DNA of 64,000 bases from Callorhinchus milii (taxonomy: Eukaryota). The notes beneath the pieces are model-generated. The model was not told the DNA's origin. It ran no database searches and was given only the letters and a program-made list of their open reading frames with translations. This document shows, piece after piece, positions 30,869 to 59,818 of the stretch (positions are counted from its first letter, which is position 1; every line of letters begins with the position of its first letter). The stretch is taken from assembly GCF_018977255.1 (NCBI RefSeq), contig NW_024704742.1, forward strand, positions 137,208,001 through 137,272,000, in the 5' to 3' direction. Made by a program: the position numbers and the translations under genes.

Positions 30869-33800
30869 ATGGGGACTCTCCGTGGGCTGAAGGCTGTTCT
30901 GATTGACATCAGCGGGACACTGCATGTGGACGACAAGGCCATATCAGGGGCCCCAGAGGCTCTGAGGCGGTGAGCACCACCTACCCCCCCTTCCCACACA
31001 CCCCCCCCCCTCGTAAAGTCACTGGTGTGTGTGTGCGTGAGGGGGGGTAGGGGGTGAGGGGTGGGTGTTGCGACTGAAAACTAGACCTAATTTTCAACCA
31101 GGTGGGATTTCGGAATGTAATCCGGTCAAATTCCCCCCTCCCCCCCATTACAGCGTGACGGGATTCCTAATCTCAGACCCCCCCCCAACCCCCGCCCCCC
31201 ACGCATTGTAACAGCACCTACCTAGCCAGTCTCGAAGCGCTTCACAGGATATACCGTAAGGTGGAGTGACTGTGTATCTCGTGGCCGAAACGTGGCAGCC
31301 CGATTGCTGAAGTGACGCCGGTTCCTGGGGCGAGGAACCGTTTCCCTCGCGATAAACCGGGGGCGGGTTGTCGTGGCTTCAAATAACATTCATAACCTGT
31401 CCCAACTGATCACCAAAGCGCTTCAGCGAGATTATATCAGGTCTAGCTCAGCCGCTGTCTCTCTCTCTCTCGCTCGCTCGCTCTCGCTCTTGTGTTGGAT
31501 GCAATAATAATCCTTACACTTGATACGGCGCCTTATCACGTCGTCGAGACGTCTCAAAGCGCTTCACGGGATATACTGTAAAGTGGAGTGACTGTACTTT
31601 GTGGGTGAAACGCGGTCCTAGCTGGACAAGCGGCAGGAAAGCTTGCCGGACGTGTATGGATCAACTCGCCCTGATCTCTCGCTCTCTCTCTCTCGCTCTC
31701 TCTCGCTCTCGCTCGCCAGGTTGCGCGAGGCTGCTCTTGCCGTGAGGTTCGTGACGAACACCACGAAGGAGAGCAAGCGCTCGCTCTGTGAACGGCTGCA
31801 GCGGCTGCGGTTCGAGCTGCGGGAGGAGGAGATCTTCACGTCGCTGTCAGCGGCTCGGGAGCTGGTGGCGGCCAAAGGGCTGCGGCCACTCCTGCTGGTG
31901 TCTGACAGCGCTCTGGAGGACTTTCGGGGTGAGTGGAGAGAGGGGGGGGGGGGGGGGGGGGGTGGAGACCGAGTGTGCCTGTGGGTGTGTAAGTGACTGT
32001 GTGTGTAAGTGTCTGTGTGTGTGTGTAAGTGTGTGTCTGTGTAAGTGTGTGCGTGTGGGTGCGGGTGTCTGTAAGTGTGTGTAAGTGAGTGTGTGTGTTT
32101 CTAAGTGTGTGTGAGTGTGTGGATAAGTGTCTGTGTGTGTTATGTGTGTGTCTGTGAAGGGTGTGTGTGTACGTGAGTGTGTGTGTGTACGTGAGTGTGT
32201 GTGTGTCTGTGTAAGTGTATGTGTGTATGTGTCTGTAAGTGTGTGTAAGTGAATATGTGTGTGTAAGTGAGTGTGTGTGCAAGTGTATGTGTGTGAGTGT
32301 GTGTGTGAGGAAACTGGACTGAATTTTCAACCGCATGGGATGTTGGTACCTTTCTATCTCATCGAAATTCAGGTTGGATGTGTCCCCCCCCCCTCCTCCC
32401 CTCCCCTCCGGCTCCCATTACACTGTGACATGATTCCTAACTTCAGAGCCTCCGGTGAGGAAGCGACACTGTCTCTCACTAAAACCTGGTGACCACAGCG
32501 TGTGAGGAGATACGTCTCGAAGCCTGTGGCTGAGTCGCTTCCCTGGCTCAGGAGGGCGTGGGTTCAAGCGGGGACTTTGAGCTCACAGGCACGGCTGGGT
32601 TGGGCTGGGTTGTGCTGTGCTGGGCTGTGCTGTGCTGGGCTGGGCTGGGCTGGGCTGTGTTGGGCTGTGCTGGGCTGGGCTGGGCTGTGCTGGGCTGGGT
32701 TGTGCTGGGCTGGGCTGGGCTGGGTTGTGCTGGGCTGTGGGCTGGGTTGTGCTGGGCTGGGCTGTGGGCTGGGTTGTGCTGGGCTGGGCTGGGCTGGGTT
32801 GTGCTGGGCTGTGGGCTGGGTTGTGCTGGGCTGGGCTGTGGGCTGGGTTGTGCTGGGCTGGGCTGGGCTGGGTTGTGCTGGGCTGTGGGCTGGGTTGTGC
32901 TGGGCTGGGCTGTGGGCTGGGTTGTGCTGGGCTGGGCTGTGGGCTGGGTTGTGCTGGGCTGGGCTGGGTTGTGCTGGGCTGGGCTGTGCTGGGCTGGGTT
33001 GTGCTGTGCTGGGCTAGGCTGTGGGCTGTGCTGTGCTGGGCTGTGCTGTGCTGTGGGCTGGGCTGGGCTGTGCTGTGCTGGGCTCGGCTGTGCTGTGCTG
33101 GGCTGTGCTGTGCTGGGCTGTGCTGTGGGCTGGGTTGTGCTGGGCTGGGCTGTGCTGGGCTGGGTTGTGCTGTGCTGGGTTGTGCTGGGCTGGGCTGGGT
33201 TGTGCTGGGCTGGGTTGTGCTGGGCTGGGCTGTGCTGGGCTGGGCTGGGTTGTGCTGGGCTGGGCTGTGCTGGGTTGTGCTGTGCTGTGCTGTGCTGTGG
33301 GCTGTGCTGTGCTGTCCTGGGCTGTGCTGTGGGCTGGGCTGGGTTGTGCTGGGCTGTGCTGGGTTGTGCTGTGCTGTGGGCTGGGCTGGGCTGGGCTGTG
33401 CTGTGCTGTGCTGGGCTGTGCTGGCTGTGCTGTGCTGGGTTGTGCTGTGCTGTGCTGGGCTGGGCTGTGCTGGGCTGGGCTGTGCTGTGCTGTGCTGGGC
33501 TGTGCTGGGCTGTGCTGTGCTGTGCTGTGCTCTGGGCTGGGTTGTGCTGGGTTGTGCTGGGCTGGGTTGTGCTGTGCTGGGCTGGGCTGTGCTGGGCTGT
33601 GCTGTGCTGTGCTGTGCTGTGCTCGGGCGACATTGCATTGTTAGATGCGACGTCCGTCAGATGTAACGTGAAACCGAGCTCCCGCTTGTGCGCTGCGGAC
33701 GGTAAAGATCCCATAGCACTCCTGGTGTGTCCTTGTGGCTGTGCTCTGGTCAGGAACCTCAGTGTAGTTCACTGGTTAGAGCACTCGCCTTGCAAGCGAG

Positions 33801-36800
33801 AGACCCGGGTTCAGTTCCCGGCAGGATGAAATGTTGGGCAAGTTACTATTATTATTATTATAAGCATCACTCCTGTTTCTGAGTCAGCCTCAGTTTACTC
33901 AGCAGTAAATAGGAACCCAGTTATTGATCGATTGGCGGATCACTTTTCTGGGGGGGGAATAATCCCTTCAAAATAAATTTTAAAAATAATTTGGTCACTT
34001 CAATCCACGAGGGTTTGTGCAATTGGCTTTCGTATTCCACCCACAAAGTACACAGTCAGTCCATTTTACAGTCTATTCTGTGAAGCGCTTTGAGACGTCT
34101 CGAAGATAAGATGAAGTGCTGTACGATAATAATAATAATAATCCTTGCATTTGATATAGCGCTTTTCACGTCTTCTCGACGTCTCAAAGCGCTTCACAGA
34201 ATAGACCGTAAAGTGAATTGACTGTATATTTGTGGGCGAAACGCAGCAGCCAATTGCGCACAGCAATGTCCCACAAACAGTCGTGGATTGAAGTGACCAA
34301 ATTATTATTGTTTTTTTTCTTGAGGGATTATTATCAAGGTTGCCCAAGGTTTCGTCCCGCCAGGAATCGAACCCAGGTCTCTCGCTTGCGAGGCGAGTGC
34401 TCTAACCATGAGCTACGGGATAACGATTGCTCAATCACACTCCTCGCTGGTCTCCCGGCTCCCAGAATAGCTCCACCATTCAAAAGATCCAACTCGTTCA
34501 GAACTGCCGCCCAGATACTGACCCCGTCCCCACATCTCACCAGCTCTGCCCCAGGCTCCACTGGCTCCCCATCACCGAACAGATCGACTTCAAGATCCTC
34601 ACTCTCGTGTTCAAATCCCTTTACTCCCTGGCACCTCCCTCCCTCCCTCTCCGACCTCCTCACTCCCCAATCCAACACCCGGCACCTCCGCTCGACTGGC
34701 ACCGGCTCCTGCTCACCCCCCTCACTCCCTGCCCCACCATCGGAGGTCGCGGTTTCAGTCTCTCTACCCCAAAGCTCTGGAACACTCTCCCTCAATCCCT
34801 CTCCCCTTTTTCAAGTCCTACCTGAAGACCTTCCTCTTCGACCGTACTTATGGCCCCCGCACCCGCCCCCATCCCAGCTCGGAGTCAGGCTCCGCCACTG
34901 TTAAGCGCTCTGAGGCACTAACCTGTGTGGGGGCAGTTGTTATTGCATATCAAATGCAAGGATTATTATTATAATAACCTGTGAGATGTTTTTCAGGGCT
35001 GGACACTAAGGAGCCGAATGCAGTGGTGGTTGGCCTGTCACCTCCTCACTTTGATTACAACACAATGAACAAGGCGTTCAGGTGAGTGACTGAGGAGCAC
35101 AGCCCACACTCCGCACCAGTTTACCTGCCCTGCCGCAGCACTGTAGGAACTGGAGTCCTGCCGTGTAGCAGTTAGAGCACTCGCCTCGCAAGCGAAGAGG
35201 ACCTGGGTTTGATTCCTGGGCAGAGCCAAACCTGAGGCAAGTTTCCTTACTCCACACGCAGTAATCAGGAACCCAGTTCTTCGTCGATTGGTGGATCGTT
35301 TTCCAGGGGTACGGTGTATTCTGTGAAGAGCTTTGAGAGGTCTCAATGACGAGCTAAGACGCTGTATCAAATACAAGGTTTACTTCTATAAATATCCCTC
35401 TTGTTTGTGAGTCAGAAGCTTGTGGGTTCAAGCTTCATGTCAGGACTTTAGAGCTCGCAGTCCAGTCCCTCTGAGAGTAATCCCCCAGCGCTGCACTGGA
35501 GTCAGAGACGCCATCCGTTAGATGAGACATAAACTGAGGTCCCCTCTCTCTCTCTCTCCCCCGATGTCCTGGTCAATAATCCCCCGGATCGTTCACTTCA
35601 TGGCTGTTTGTGGGACGTTAGTTACTGTGCAAAATAACAGCAGCAGATTACACGGAGCCTCTCACGTCGGGAGCACGTGCCGAGGAGCTGGACGGTAAAT
35701 GGTTTGCGCCCGAGCTGAGGGTTGGAATAAAGAGGGTTGTGGGGGGTGGGAGTAAGAGCGAAACTGCAGTCAAAGAGGATGGTCTNNNNNNNNNNNNNNN
35801 NNNNNNNNNNTGAGACGGGGGCGAGGGAGGGGGTGAGGTGGAGGCTCTGTGGGGTCCCAGAGGGTGGGGGTTGGAGGTGGGGGGGGGAACGGGGAGAGAT
35901 TCCAGGGGGGAGACACCTAACAATGTAAGCTTTCTCTCTCTCTCTCTCTCTCTTCCCTCCAGGTTGATCCTGGACGGAGCTCCCCTCATCGCTATCCACA
36001 AGGCCCGTTATTACCAGACATCAGGGGGGCTGAGTCTGGGCCCGGGGCCCTTTGTCACGGGGCTGGAATACGCTGCTGATGTCCAGGCTACAGTTGTGGG
36101 CAAACCCCAGGCTTCCTTCTTCCAGAAGGCACTGCCCAGCACCGGCTGCCAACCTCACCAGGCCATCATGATCGGTGACGTACGGCAATCACCCACTCAC
36201 TCACTCTCTCCATCTCCCTCTCTCCCCTCTCTCCCCTTCTCGTTTCCCATCGTTCTCTCTCTCTTTTCCCATCGCTCTCTCCCCTAATCTTTTTTCCTCT
36301 CTCTCCCCCACACGCAAACACTGTCTCCCCCCCACTTTCTTTTCCCATCTCCTCATCTCTTTTTCTTTCTGTCTCTCTCTCTCTCCCTCTTTTTTTCCTC
36401 TCTCTCCCCCACACACAAACACTGTCTCCCCCCCCCACTTTCTTTTCCCATCTCCTCATCTCTTTTTCTTTCTGTCTCTCTCTCTCTCCCTCTTTTTTTC
36501 CTCTCTCACTCCCCTGAAAAGGTGAGACCTGAAACTTTCTCTCTCTCTTTTCACAGGACGCCAGGGATGATGTTGGGGGAGCCCAGAACGCTGGGATGTT
36601 GGGTATTTTAGTAAAGACAGGTAGGTGGCCTTACAATCCGTGTCAGTGTCAACGTCACTCTGGCCCATTCACTCCCTCACTCACCACTGACTCCTCTCCA
36701 CTGGGCTTTCCATCACCCAGAGGATACAGTTCAAGATCCTGGTCCTCACTTTCAAAGCCCTCCACGGTCTTGCTTCCCCCCTACCTCTGCCACCTCCTAA

Positions 36801-37512
36801 CCCCCATCAACCTGCTCGCTCCCTCCGCTCAGTGGGCTCTGGCCTGCTTCACGTCCCCCGCCTGGCTCCCCCCACTATTGGCGGGCAGACCTTCTGCCAC
36901 TCTACCCCACCCTCTGGAACTCCCACCCGCAGGCCCTCTGCCTCGTCCCCTCCCTTACCTCCTTCAAGACCCGTCTCAAGACCTTCTTCTTCAACTGTGC
37001 CTTCGATCTCCCTGCTTCCCCCCACTGCCCTCCAGCCTCCCCGATCCCGACCCCCAGCGTCTTGGGACTTCCTCCCAACGTGAAAGGCGCTTTACAAATG
37101 TAATTTGGTTTGTTTGTTTGACTCAGAAGGTTGTGGTTCAAGTCCCACAGCTTTGAGGTCAGTGTGAGCTGACACTCCCAATGCTGTACTGAGCGTATGC
37201 TGTGTTGGCGGAGGTGCTGTGTTTGGGATAAGACCTGTTTCATATGGACTATAAAGATCCTGTAGCACTATTCAAAGGGTTTCCCAGTGTCCGATACCAA
37301 CAACCTTATAGCTGCTGTGTCAAACTCATGGATTATGATGTGTGGACTAATTTTACACTCTCTCACACTCACTAACTCTCTCTCCCTCTCTCTCTCGCGA
37401 GTATAAAGGTAAATACCGAGCTGGTGATGAAGAGAAGATCAGTCCTGGGCCTTACCTGACATGTGATTCCTTTCCTCAAGCTGTGGACCACATCCTACAG
37501 CACTTGGTGTGA
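30869..37512 (+). CDS. HDHD2: Haloacid dehalogenase-like hydrolase domain-containing protein 2. Six coding exons: 30869-30969, 31720-31928, 34997-35081, 35963-36179, 36557-36620, 37409-37512 (780 nt, 259 aa)
   Basis: Manual splicing at GT-AG sites gives [54 protein letters not shown]...|[46 protein letters not shown]...VGKP...[63 protein letters not shown] motifs present, exon phases all compatible, length matches the recalled 259-aa human protein. Confidence 0.97.
32593..33623 (+). repeat. About 1-kb pentamer satellite (GCTGG/GCTGT/GGGTT) in HDHD2 intron 2
   Basis: Continuous GGGCT/GTGCT units. Confidence 0.95.
34128..34420 (-). mobile_element. tRNA-derived SINE
   Basis: Reverse complement of the same family, with (ATT)n tail. 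Confidence 0.85.
34425..34920 (+). mobile_element. L2 3' fragment
   Basis: [22 protein letters not shown]...[17 protein letters not shown]. Confidence 0.8.
35786..35810. other. Assembly gap (25 N)
   Basis: N run in HDHD2 intron 3; there is also a single N at 39581. Confidence 1.
36690..37105 (+). mobile_element. L2 3' fragment
   Basis: [19 protein letters not shown]... followed by the L2 tail. Confidence 0.8.
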
Positions 37513-37964
37513 GCAATCTCTCTCCCCACACCCCAACCCCGGAGAACTAAGCATGTCCTGAGCCCAACCTGGAGTGGGGGGTGGAGGTGGTTAGAGATCA
37601 CTCGGACAAACCAAACTGTGCTTCCCACCCCCTCCCTAGCATGTAACCGCCCCCTTTGCCCTCCCAACAAGTCTTGTTCCAAGAAAGTGCCCTGAGAGCT
37701 ATATAAAGGGCCCTTTCTCCCCTGTGTGAAGGCCGCTATATAAATGCATATTTATAACCTCCGCTGCAATGCGTCATTTGCACCAGCACCTTGGTACCTC
37801 TGCCCCCCCCCCCCCCCAAGCCCACTCTCCCACACCCCCACACAGAACAGGGTCTCACTCCATCCTTCCCTCTCCCACACAACCTAGATTACAACTCCTA
37901 ACCTCGTGTCGGTGTTTTGCCAAATGCAGGAATCATTTTATTATTCAATTATGAATATGATTGT

Positions 37965-37970
37965 AATAAA
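37965..37970 (+). terminator. Likely HDHD2 polyadenylation signal
   Basis: AATAAA about 450 nt after the stop codon, followed by U/GU-rich sequence. Confidence 0.55.
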
Positions 37971-39632
37971 TCTTATTCATTTAAAAAAAATGAGAATTTT
38001 TTTGTCTGGTTTCTTTTTTTTAACGGGGAGAAAGACGAAAATACTTAGCACAAATTTCCACTGACAATCTTTCACTTCCCCCTCACAGGGTTGGTGGGAG
38101 CCAAGGTTTGGGGACCTCATTGATGTGGTTTGGGTTAATTTTGGCATCTTACCAACTAAAGTTGTTAGTCGATTGGCGGATCGCTTTCTGGGGGTAATAA
38201 TCCCTCCAAAAAAAATTGGGAGGGTCACTGAATCCACAAATGTTTGTGGGACACTGCTGTGCGCTATTGTCTTGAGCGTTTCACCCATAAAAATACAGAC
38301 AATCCACTTTGCAATATATTCTGTGAAGAGCTTGAGTTGTTTCTATGATGTGATAAGGTGCTATCTATATCAAATGCAAGGATTATTATTATTAGGATGG
38401 TAAATTCTTGTAGATGGTCATTCATAACGTTACCAAAAGTAATATTTTATTTCCTGGGTGTGTAATACTGATGTACATCACAAATGTGCACATTTCCTGC
38501 GCAAACTCTCAAAGGATTTTCAGTGTCCCAGGATTTAAAAACCTTAGTCAAACTCACTACTGTAGACCAGTGCAAAAATGAAAGAATTTACCCACCCAAA
38601 CCACTGAACTATTTGTGTAACACAACCACTACAGCACTCCCTGCACTCCCTGCAGGCTCAAGCCTCACTGACGCTCCAGTGAGCACTTTGTTGTCAGATT
38701 ATGATTAAACTGAAATGCTGATTTATAGTAATTCCCTGTCAAACGTTTCATTGTTCTAGATGCAGTATCAAGGGCAAAGATTCTTGAAAAGGATGGATAA
38801 TACAGGGCGTGGGAGTATGTATAGACAGCAAGAGTGGGAATAGACTAGATGACTCTGGGAGATAACTCAGTGCAGACTTCATGCGCTGAAATACCTGTTT
38901 CTGTTCCGTAACAGTGAGTCCCCCCCTCCTCCTGTGCTGCCCTTTGACTCGCTGCTCAGTTCTGGTGCCACCTGGCATGTGTGACTTCTCATCTATACTT
39001 CTTGGCGATTAAAACAACTCGTCTCTAATTGTCCCACCGTCACCCCCAAACACACACTGACACCTTTGTTGAGAAGTGTAGATTATGAAATCCATCGAGG
39101 AAAGATTAAATATCCTGCATGGGATAGTGTGTGTGTGTGTGTGTGTGGCCACACTCCTATCTGAGATAGTCTGGATCATTCGCTAGCCGCTTGCCCCTGG
39201 CTCTGAAGGTTGTGGAGTCGAGGCCCTTGTTGTGATCTGAACTCCAAATGCCAGCCTGAAACTCCAGGATGGTGATGGGGAGTTGCGCGTAGTGTGAGGT
39301 GCCGTCCCGAGGAGGAGACATCAAACCTAAAGTGCCACCTGTCCGCTCAGTCAAAGCTCCACATGAAACTGCCATTGATTCCTGGCTGTGTGTGGCTCTT
39401 TGCTTGGTTGCCTACAAACACAGTCAGTCACTTGGCAGCAACACCTGAATAGTCGCTGTGTCAAACTCACGTTCTTCACTAAACGTTCTCAGACAGAAGT
39501 CTCCCCAAAGATCTTCCCCTCTGGTGTTTTGGTTGAATGTTCCTGGGCCGGTCGGTGACCAGGCTCTGACGGGGGGGGGGNAGGAAGGGAGGTTTGTCAC
39601 CCAGGGCCCAGCCCTCGGGGAATCTGCTCCTA

Positions 39633-55763
<16,131 letters not shown>

Positions 55764-55802
55764 CGGGCAAAGTGTCCGCCTCACTCTCCCGGGTATACCT
55801 TT

Positions 55803-56368
55803 CACTCTCTGTTGGTAATGTCCACTCTCTCTGTTGGTAATGTCCACTCTCTCTGTTGGTAATGTCCACTCTCTCTGTTGGTAATGTCCACTCTCTGTTG
55901 TTAATGTCCACTCTCTCTGTTGGTAATGTCCACTCTCTCTGTTGGTAATGTCCACTCTCCGTTGGTAATGTCCACTCTCTGTTGGTAATGTCCACTCTCT
56001 GTTGGTAATGTCCACTCTCTGTTGTTAATGTCCACTCTCTCTGTTGGTAATGTCCACTCTCTGTTGGTAATATCCACTCTCTGTTGGTAATGTCCACTCT
56101 CTGTTGTTAATGTCCACTCTCTCTGTTGGTAATGTCCACTCTCTGTTTGTAATGTCCACTCTCTGTTGGTAATGTCCACTCTCTCTGTTGGTAACGTCCA
56201 CTCTCTGTTGGTAATGTCCACTCTCTCTGTTGGTAATGTCCACTCTCTGTTGGTAATGTCCACTCTCTCTGTTGGTAATGTCCACTCTCTCTGTTGGTAA
56301 TGTCCACTCTCTGTTGGTAATGAACACTCTCTGTTGGTAATGAACACTCTGTTGGTAATGTCCACTCT
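55803..56368. repeat. Minisatellite, 20-22-bp unit CTCT(CT)GTTGGTAATGTCCACT
   Basis: Roughly 27 tandem copies immediately 5' of the KATNAL2 start codon. Confidence 0.95.
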
Positions 56369-56439
56369 GTGATGATCTTCAGTACTCACTGTGAAGTGGT
56401 ACAACTGTCTCTCTCTCTCTCTCTTTCTCTCTGTCTCTC

Positions 56440-56765
56440 TCTCTCCCGCCCCCTTTGCGATTGACGCGCGCTCTGTCCAATCATCTCTCGCGCCCGCCCC
56501 CGATTGACGTGCGTATTGTCCAATCAACTGTCACCGTAACGGTGCCGCCCACCCCCCCCTCCGATTGACGTGAGTATTGTCCAATCAACTGTCACCGCTA
56601 CGGCGCCGCCCCGTGATTGACGAATTGTCCAATCAGCTGCCGCCCCAGCCTGACACCCCTTGTGTTCATCCTCCAATCAGCTCCCGCCCTCTTGCTCCCG
56701 CCCAGTGATGGATGTGCGCATGCTCCAACCATCACCCCGCCTCCTGCCTGAATTGCCCAATCTCT
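56440..56765 (-). promoter_or_regulatory. Probable KATNAL2 promoter with repeated CCAAT and GC boxes
   Basis: Six CCAAT(C) motifs, four of them in GATTGACG..TGTCCAATCA units, plus CCGCCC GC boxes; CpG-rich. Confidence 0.7.
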
Positions 56766-57164
56766 TTAATATCACAATGCACAGTCACTACACATCACCA
56801 CCACAACAACAGCTTGCACTTACAGTTACACATCAGGAGGATGCCTCAAACCACTTGTAATAATCCTTGCATTTGATACAGTGGCTTTATCACGTCAACA
56901 CGTCTCAAAGTGCTTCGCAGAATATAATAAAACATAATAATAATAATAATAATCCTTGCATTTGATATAGCGCTTTTCACGTCGGGCGGACGTCCCAAAG
57001 CGCTTCACAGAATATACTGTAAAGTGAATTGACTGTATATTTGTGGGCGAACGCGGCAGCCAATTGCGCACAGCAATGTCCCACAAACAGTCGTGGATTG
57101 AGTGACCAATTTATTATTATTTTTTGAAGGAATTATTGCCTCCGGAAAAGCAATCCGCCAATCA

Positions 57165-57830
57165 ACTAACAACAACAAAATTACATTTGTGAAGTGCCTT
57201 TCACGTTGCGAGGACGTCCCAAGGCGCTGGATAGACAGAGTTACGGATCTGAGCGGGGGGTCGGGGTGAGGGAGGGTGGAGGGCAGGGGGAAGCAGATCA
57301 AAAGCACTGTCGAAGAGGGGGGTCTTGAGATGGGTCTTGAAAGTGGCGAGGGAGGAGGCGAGGTGGTGGGACTGCGGGATGGAGTTCCAGAGGTTGGGGG
57401 CAGAATGGTGGAAGGTTTGCCGGCCAACGGTGGGACGAGCGAGGCAAGGGACAAGAAGCAGGCCGGAACCCACTGAGCAGAGGGAGTGAACAGGATGGTA
57501 GGAGGTTAGGAGGTCGTAGGGGGGTACAAGACCGTGGAGGGCTTTGAAGGTGAGGACCAGCATCTTGAACTGTATCCTCTGTGTGATGGGAAGCCAGTGG
57601 AGTTGGCAAGGATGGTGATGATAGTGTTGTGGAGCTTAGTGCGGGAGAGGCCATGGGCTGCAGAGTTCTGGATGATCTGCAGCCTATGTATGGAGGAGTT
57701 GGGGAGGCCAAGAAAGCAATGAGTTTGCATAGTCGAGCCTCGATAGAATGAAAGCATGTATGAGGGTTTCGGCGGCCTGCGGTGTGAGACAGTGGCAGAG
57801 CCACGCGACATTGCGGAGGTGGGGAAAAGG
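57165..57830 (-). mobile_element. L2 3' fragment
   Basis: LQIIQNSAA...LTFKALHGL...PNLWNSIP...FKTHLKT followed by the tail. Confidence 0.85.
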
Positions 57831-59203
57831 CAGAGCGGGTCAACAATCGGGTTCCTACTTACTGTTAGGTGAACTGACCATGTGGATTAAGGAAATTTAC
57901 ACATTTGTAAATATACTGTAAAGTGTAGTGACTGTGTATTTTGTAGGCGAAACGCGGCAGCCAGTTGCGCATAGCAAGGACCCACAAACAGCCTTGGAAC
58001 TTTGGAGCGACCAAACTATTATTATTAAAATAGATAGAAAGATAAAACTGAAATAAAAATTACAATTCCAGGACACCAGGAGAGAAAAATTCCCTTCTCT
58101 TTTCAAATAGCACCATGGGATCTTTAACGTCCACAGGCAGACAGGACCTCAGTTAATTTCTCATATGAAGGACAGTACCTACGACAATGCAAAAATGGAG
58201 TGACACCTTAGACTATGATTCTGAGTCCTGAGATGGGGCTTGAACTGACAACCTTCTGACTTAGAGGCAAGAATGGTACCACTGTGGCAGGCTGACACAA
58301 TATAGTTCTTTTAACATGGGGTAACATAACGGCAGTGGAGCTTGAAGCTGAGTTCGGGGGAGGAACTGTAAGCACAGTCAAAGAGGAACGTCTTCAGGTG
58401 TGAAGAGCGGGCAAAACGGAGGGATTGAGACAATTTGTCTGAGGCATAGTAGCTGAAAGCCATGAAGCACTTTGTTAATAATAGTGCTTGCTGTTGAAAT
58501 AGTACCTTTTTGTCAGTTACTGTGTTTTGGATTTTTCTTGGTCAGTCGGGCATCTGACACATATAGAAACCCATCAACCATACTTAAGGGTGAGCCAGCT
58601 GATTGAAGGCGGAGGATAGTGAAATGGAGAGGTGAGCAGACCAAAGAGGTGGGAGGTGCCATGTTGGAAAGACTTGAAAGTGAGAGTGAGGATCTCGAAA
58701 TCAAACCGTTCTGCAACTGGGAGCCTGGCAAGGACTAGGGCGATGGGGGTGAGGAGCTTAATACGGGTGAGGACAAAAAGAAACGGTAGTTTTGAATCAT
58801 GTGCTGCTCTTTGGCTTTCCCCAGATCGCGTAATCCAAACTGGACAAGCAGCGGGGAAGCTGGCCAGACAGTGCTCTCTCTCTCAATGGCAAAGCTACGT
58901 GGTTTTAGCTGGTCAGACTCCGGCAGTTACCCCAACCCACACTCTGGGGGTCCCCAAACCTTGGCTCCTGCCAACCTGCGCCCTAATACTCCCTGGAATT
59001 AGGTAAGCGGGAAGCGTCCCTCCAGGGAGGAGAGTGAGAGAGCGCATTGCATTCCATTCCAACGATCTATCTCTGGGATTTCCAGGCGTAGGGAGGCGGG
59101 GAATTCTCAGCTTGGTTTGGAGACTCTGAAGCGACGGCGATGGGTTTCCGTGCGGGTCAAGACACCCGGCTGACACCCCCCCCCCCACACCCCCGCAAAA
59201 AAA

Positions 59204-59794
59204 TCACGTGCTCCCCTCCATTCCAGCTCTCACACACACACACACACACACGCGGACCATGTGCTCCTCTCCAGTCCCCACTCGCACACACACAGGTCAC
59301 GTGCTCCCCTCCCGCCCCATTCACACAGACAGGTCACGTGCCCCTATCATCCCACACACACACACACACACACAGGTCACGTGCTCCCCTCCCGCCCCAT
59401 TCACACAGACAGGTCACGTGCCCCTATCATCCCACACACACACACACACACAGGTCACGTGCTCCCCTCCCGCCCCATTCACACAGACAGGTCAACGTGC
59501 CCTTATCATCCCACACACACACACAGGTCACGTGCTCCCCTCCCGTCCCATTCACACAGACAGGTCACGTGCCCCTATTACCCCCCCCCACACACACACA
59601 CAGATCACGTGCTTCCCTCCCGTCCCATTCACACACCCATAGTCACGTGCCCCTATCATTCCCCCCTCCACACACACACACACACAGATCACGTGCTCCT
59701 CTCCCGCCCGCCTGCCCTCGGTGTCACGTGGTCCCCGCCCCGCCCCGGGGTGGGCGGGGGGAGGCGCGAGTTGCATGATGGGACGGGCCGCAAG
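59204..59794 (+). promoter_or_regulatory. PIAS2 promoter: tandem E-box array, GC boxes and a YY1-like AAGATGGCGG at the start codon
   Basis: Twelve TCACGTG sites, CCCCGCCC/GGGCGGGG boxes, CpG island. Confidence 0.7.
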
Positions 59795-59818
59795 ATGGCG
59801 GATTTTGACGAGTTGAGG
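59795..59818 (+). CDS. PIAS2: First coding exon of E3 SUMO ligase PIAS2 (MADFDELR); the rest of the gene lies beyond the window
   Basis: caagATGGCGGATTTTGACGAGTTGAGG|gtaagt in a CpG island. Matches the recalled PIAS2 N-terminus MADFEELR with a strong donor, and is head-to-head with KATNAL2 as in human. Confidence 0.85.

Noticed and set aside
32502..33829. ORFs of 350-423 aa (WAGLC and AQPST repeats)
   Set aside because: Pentamer satellite inside an HDHD2 intron, open in several frames on both strands.
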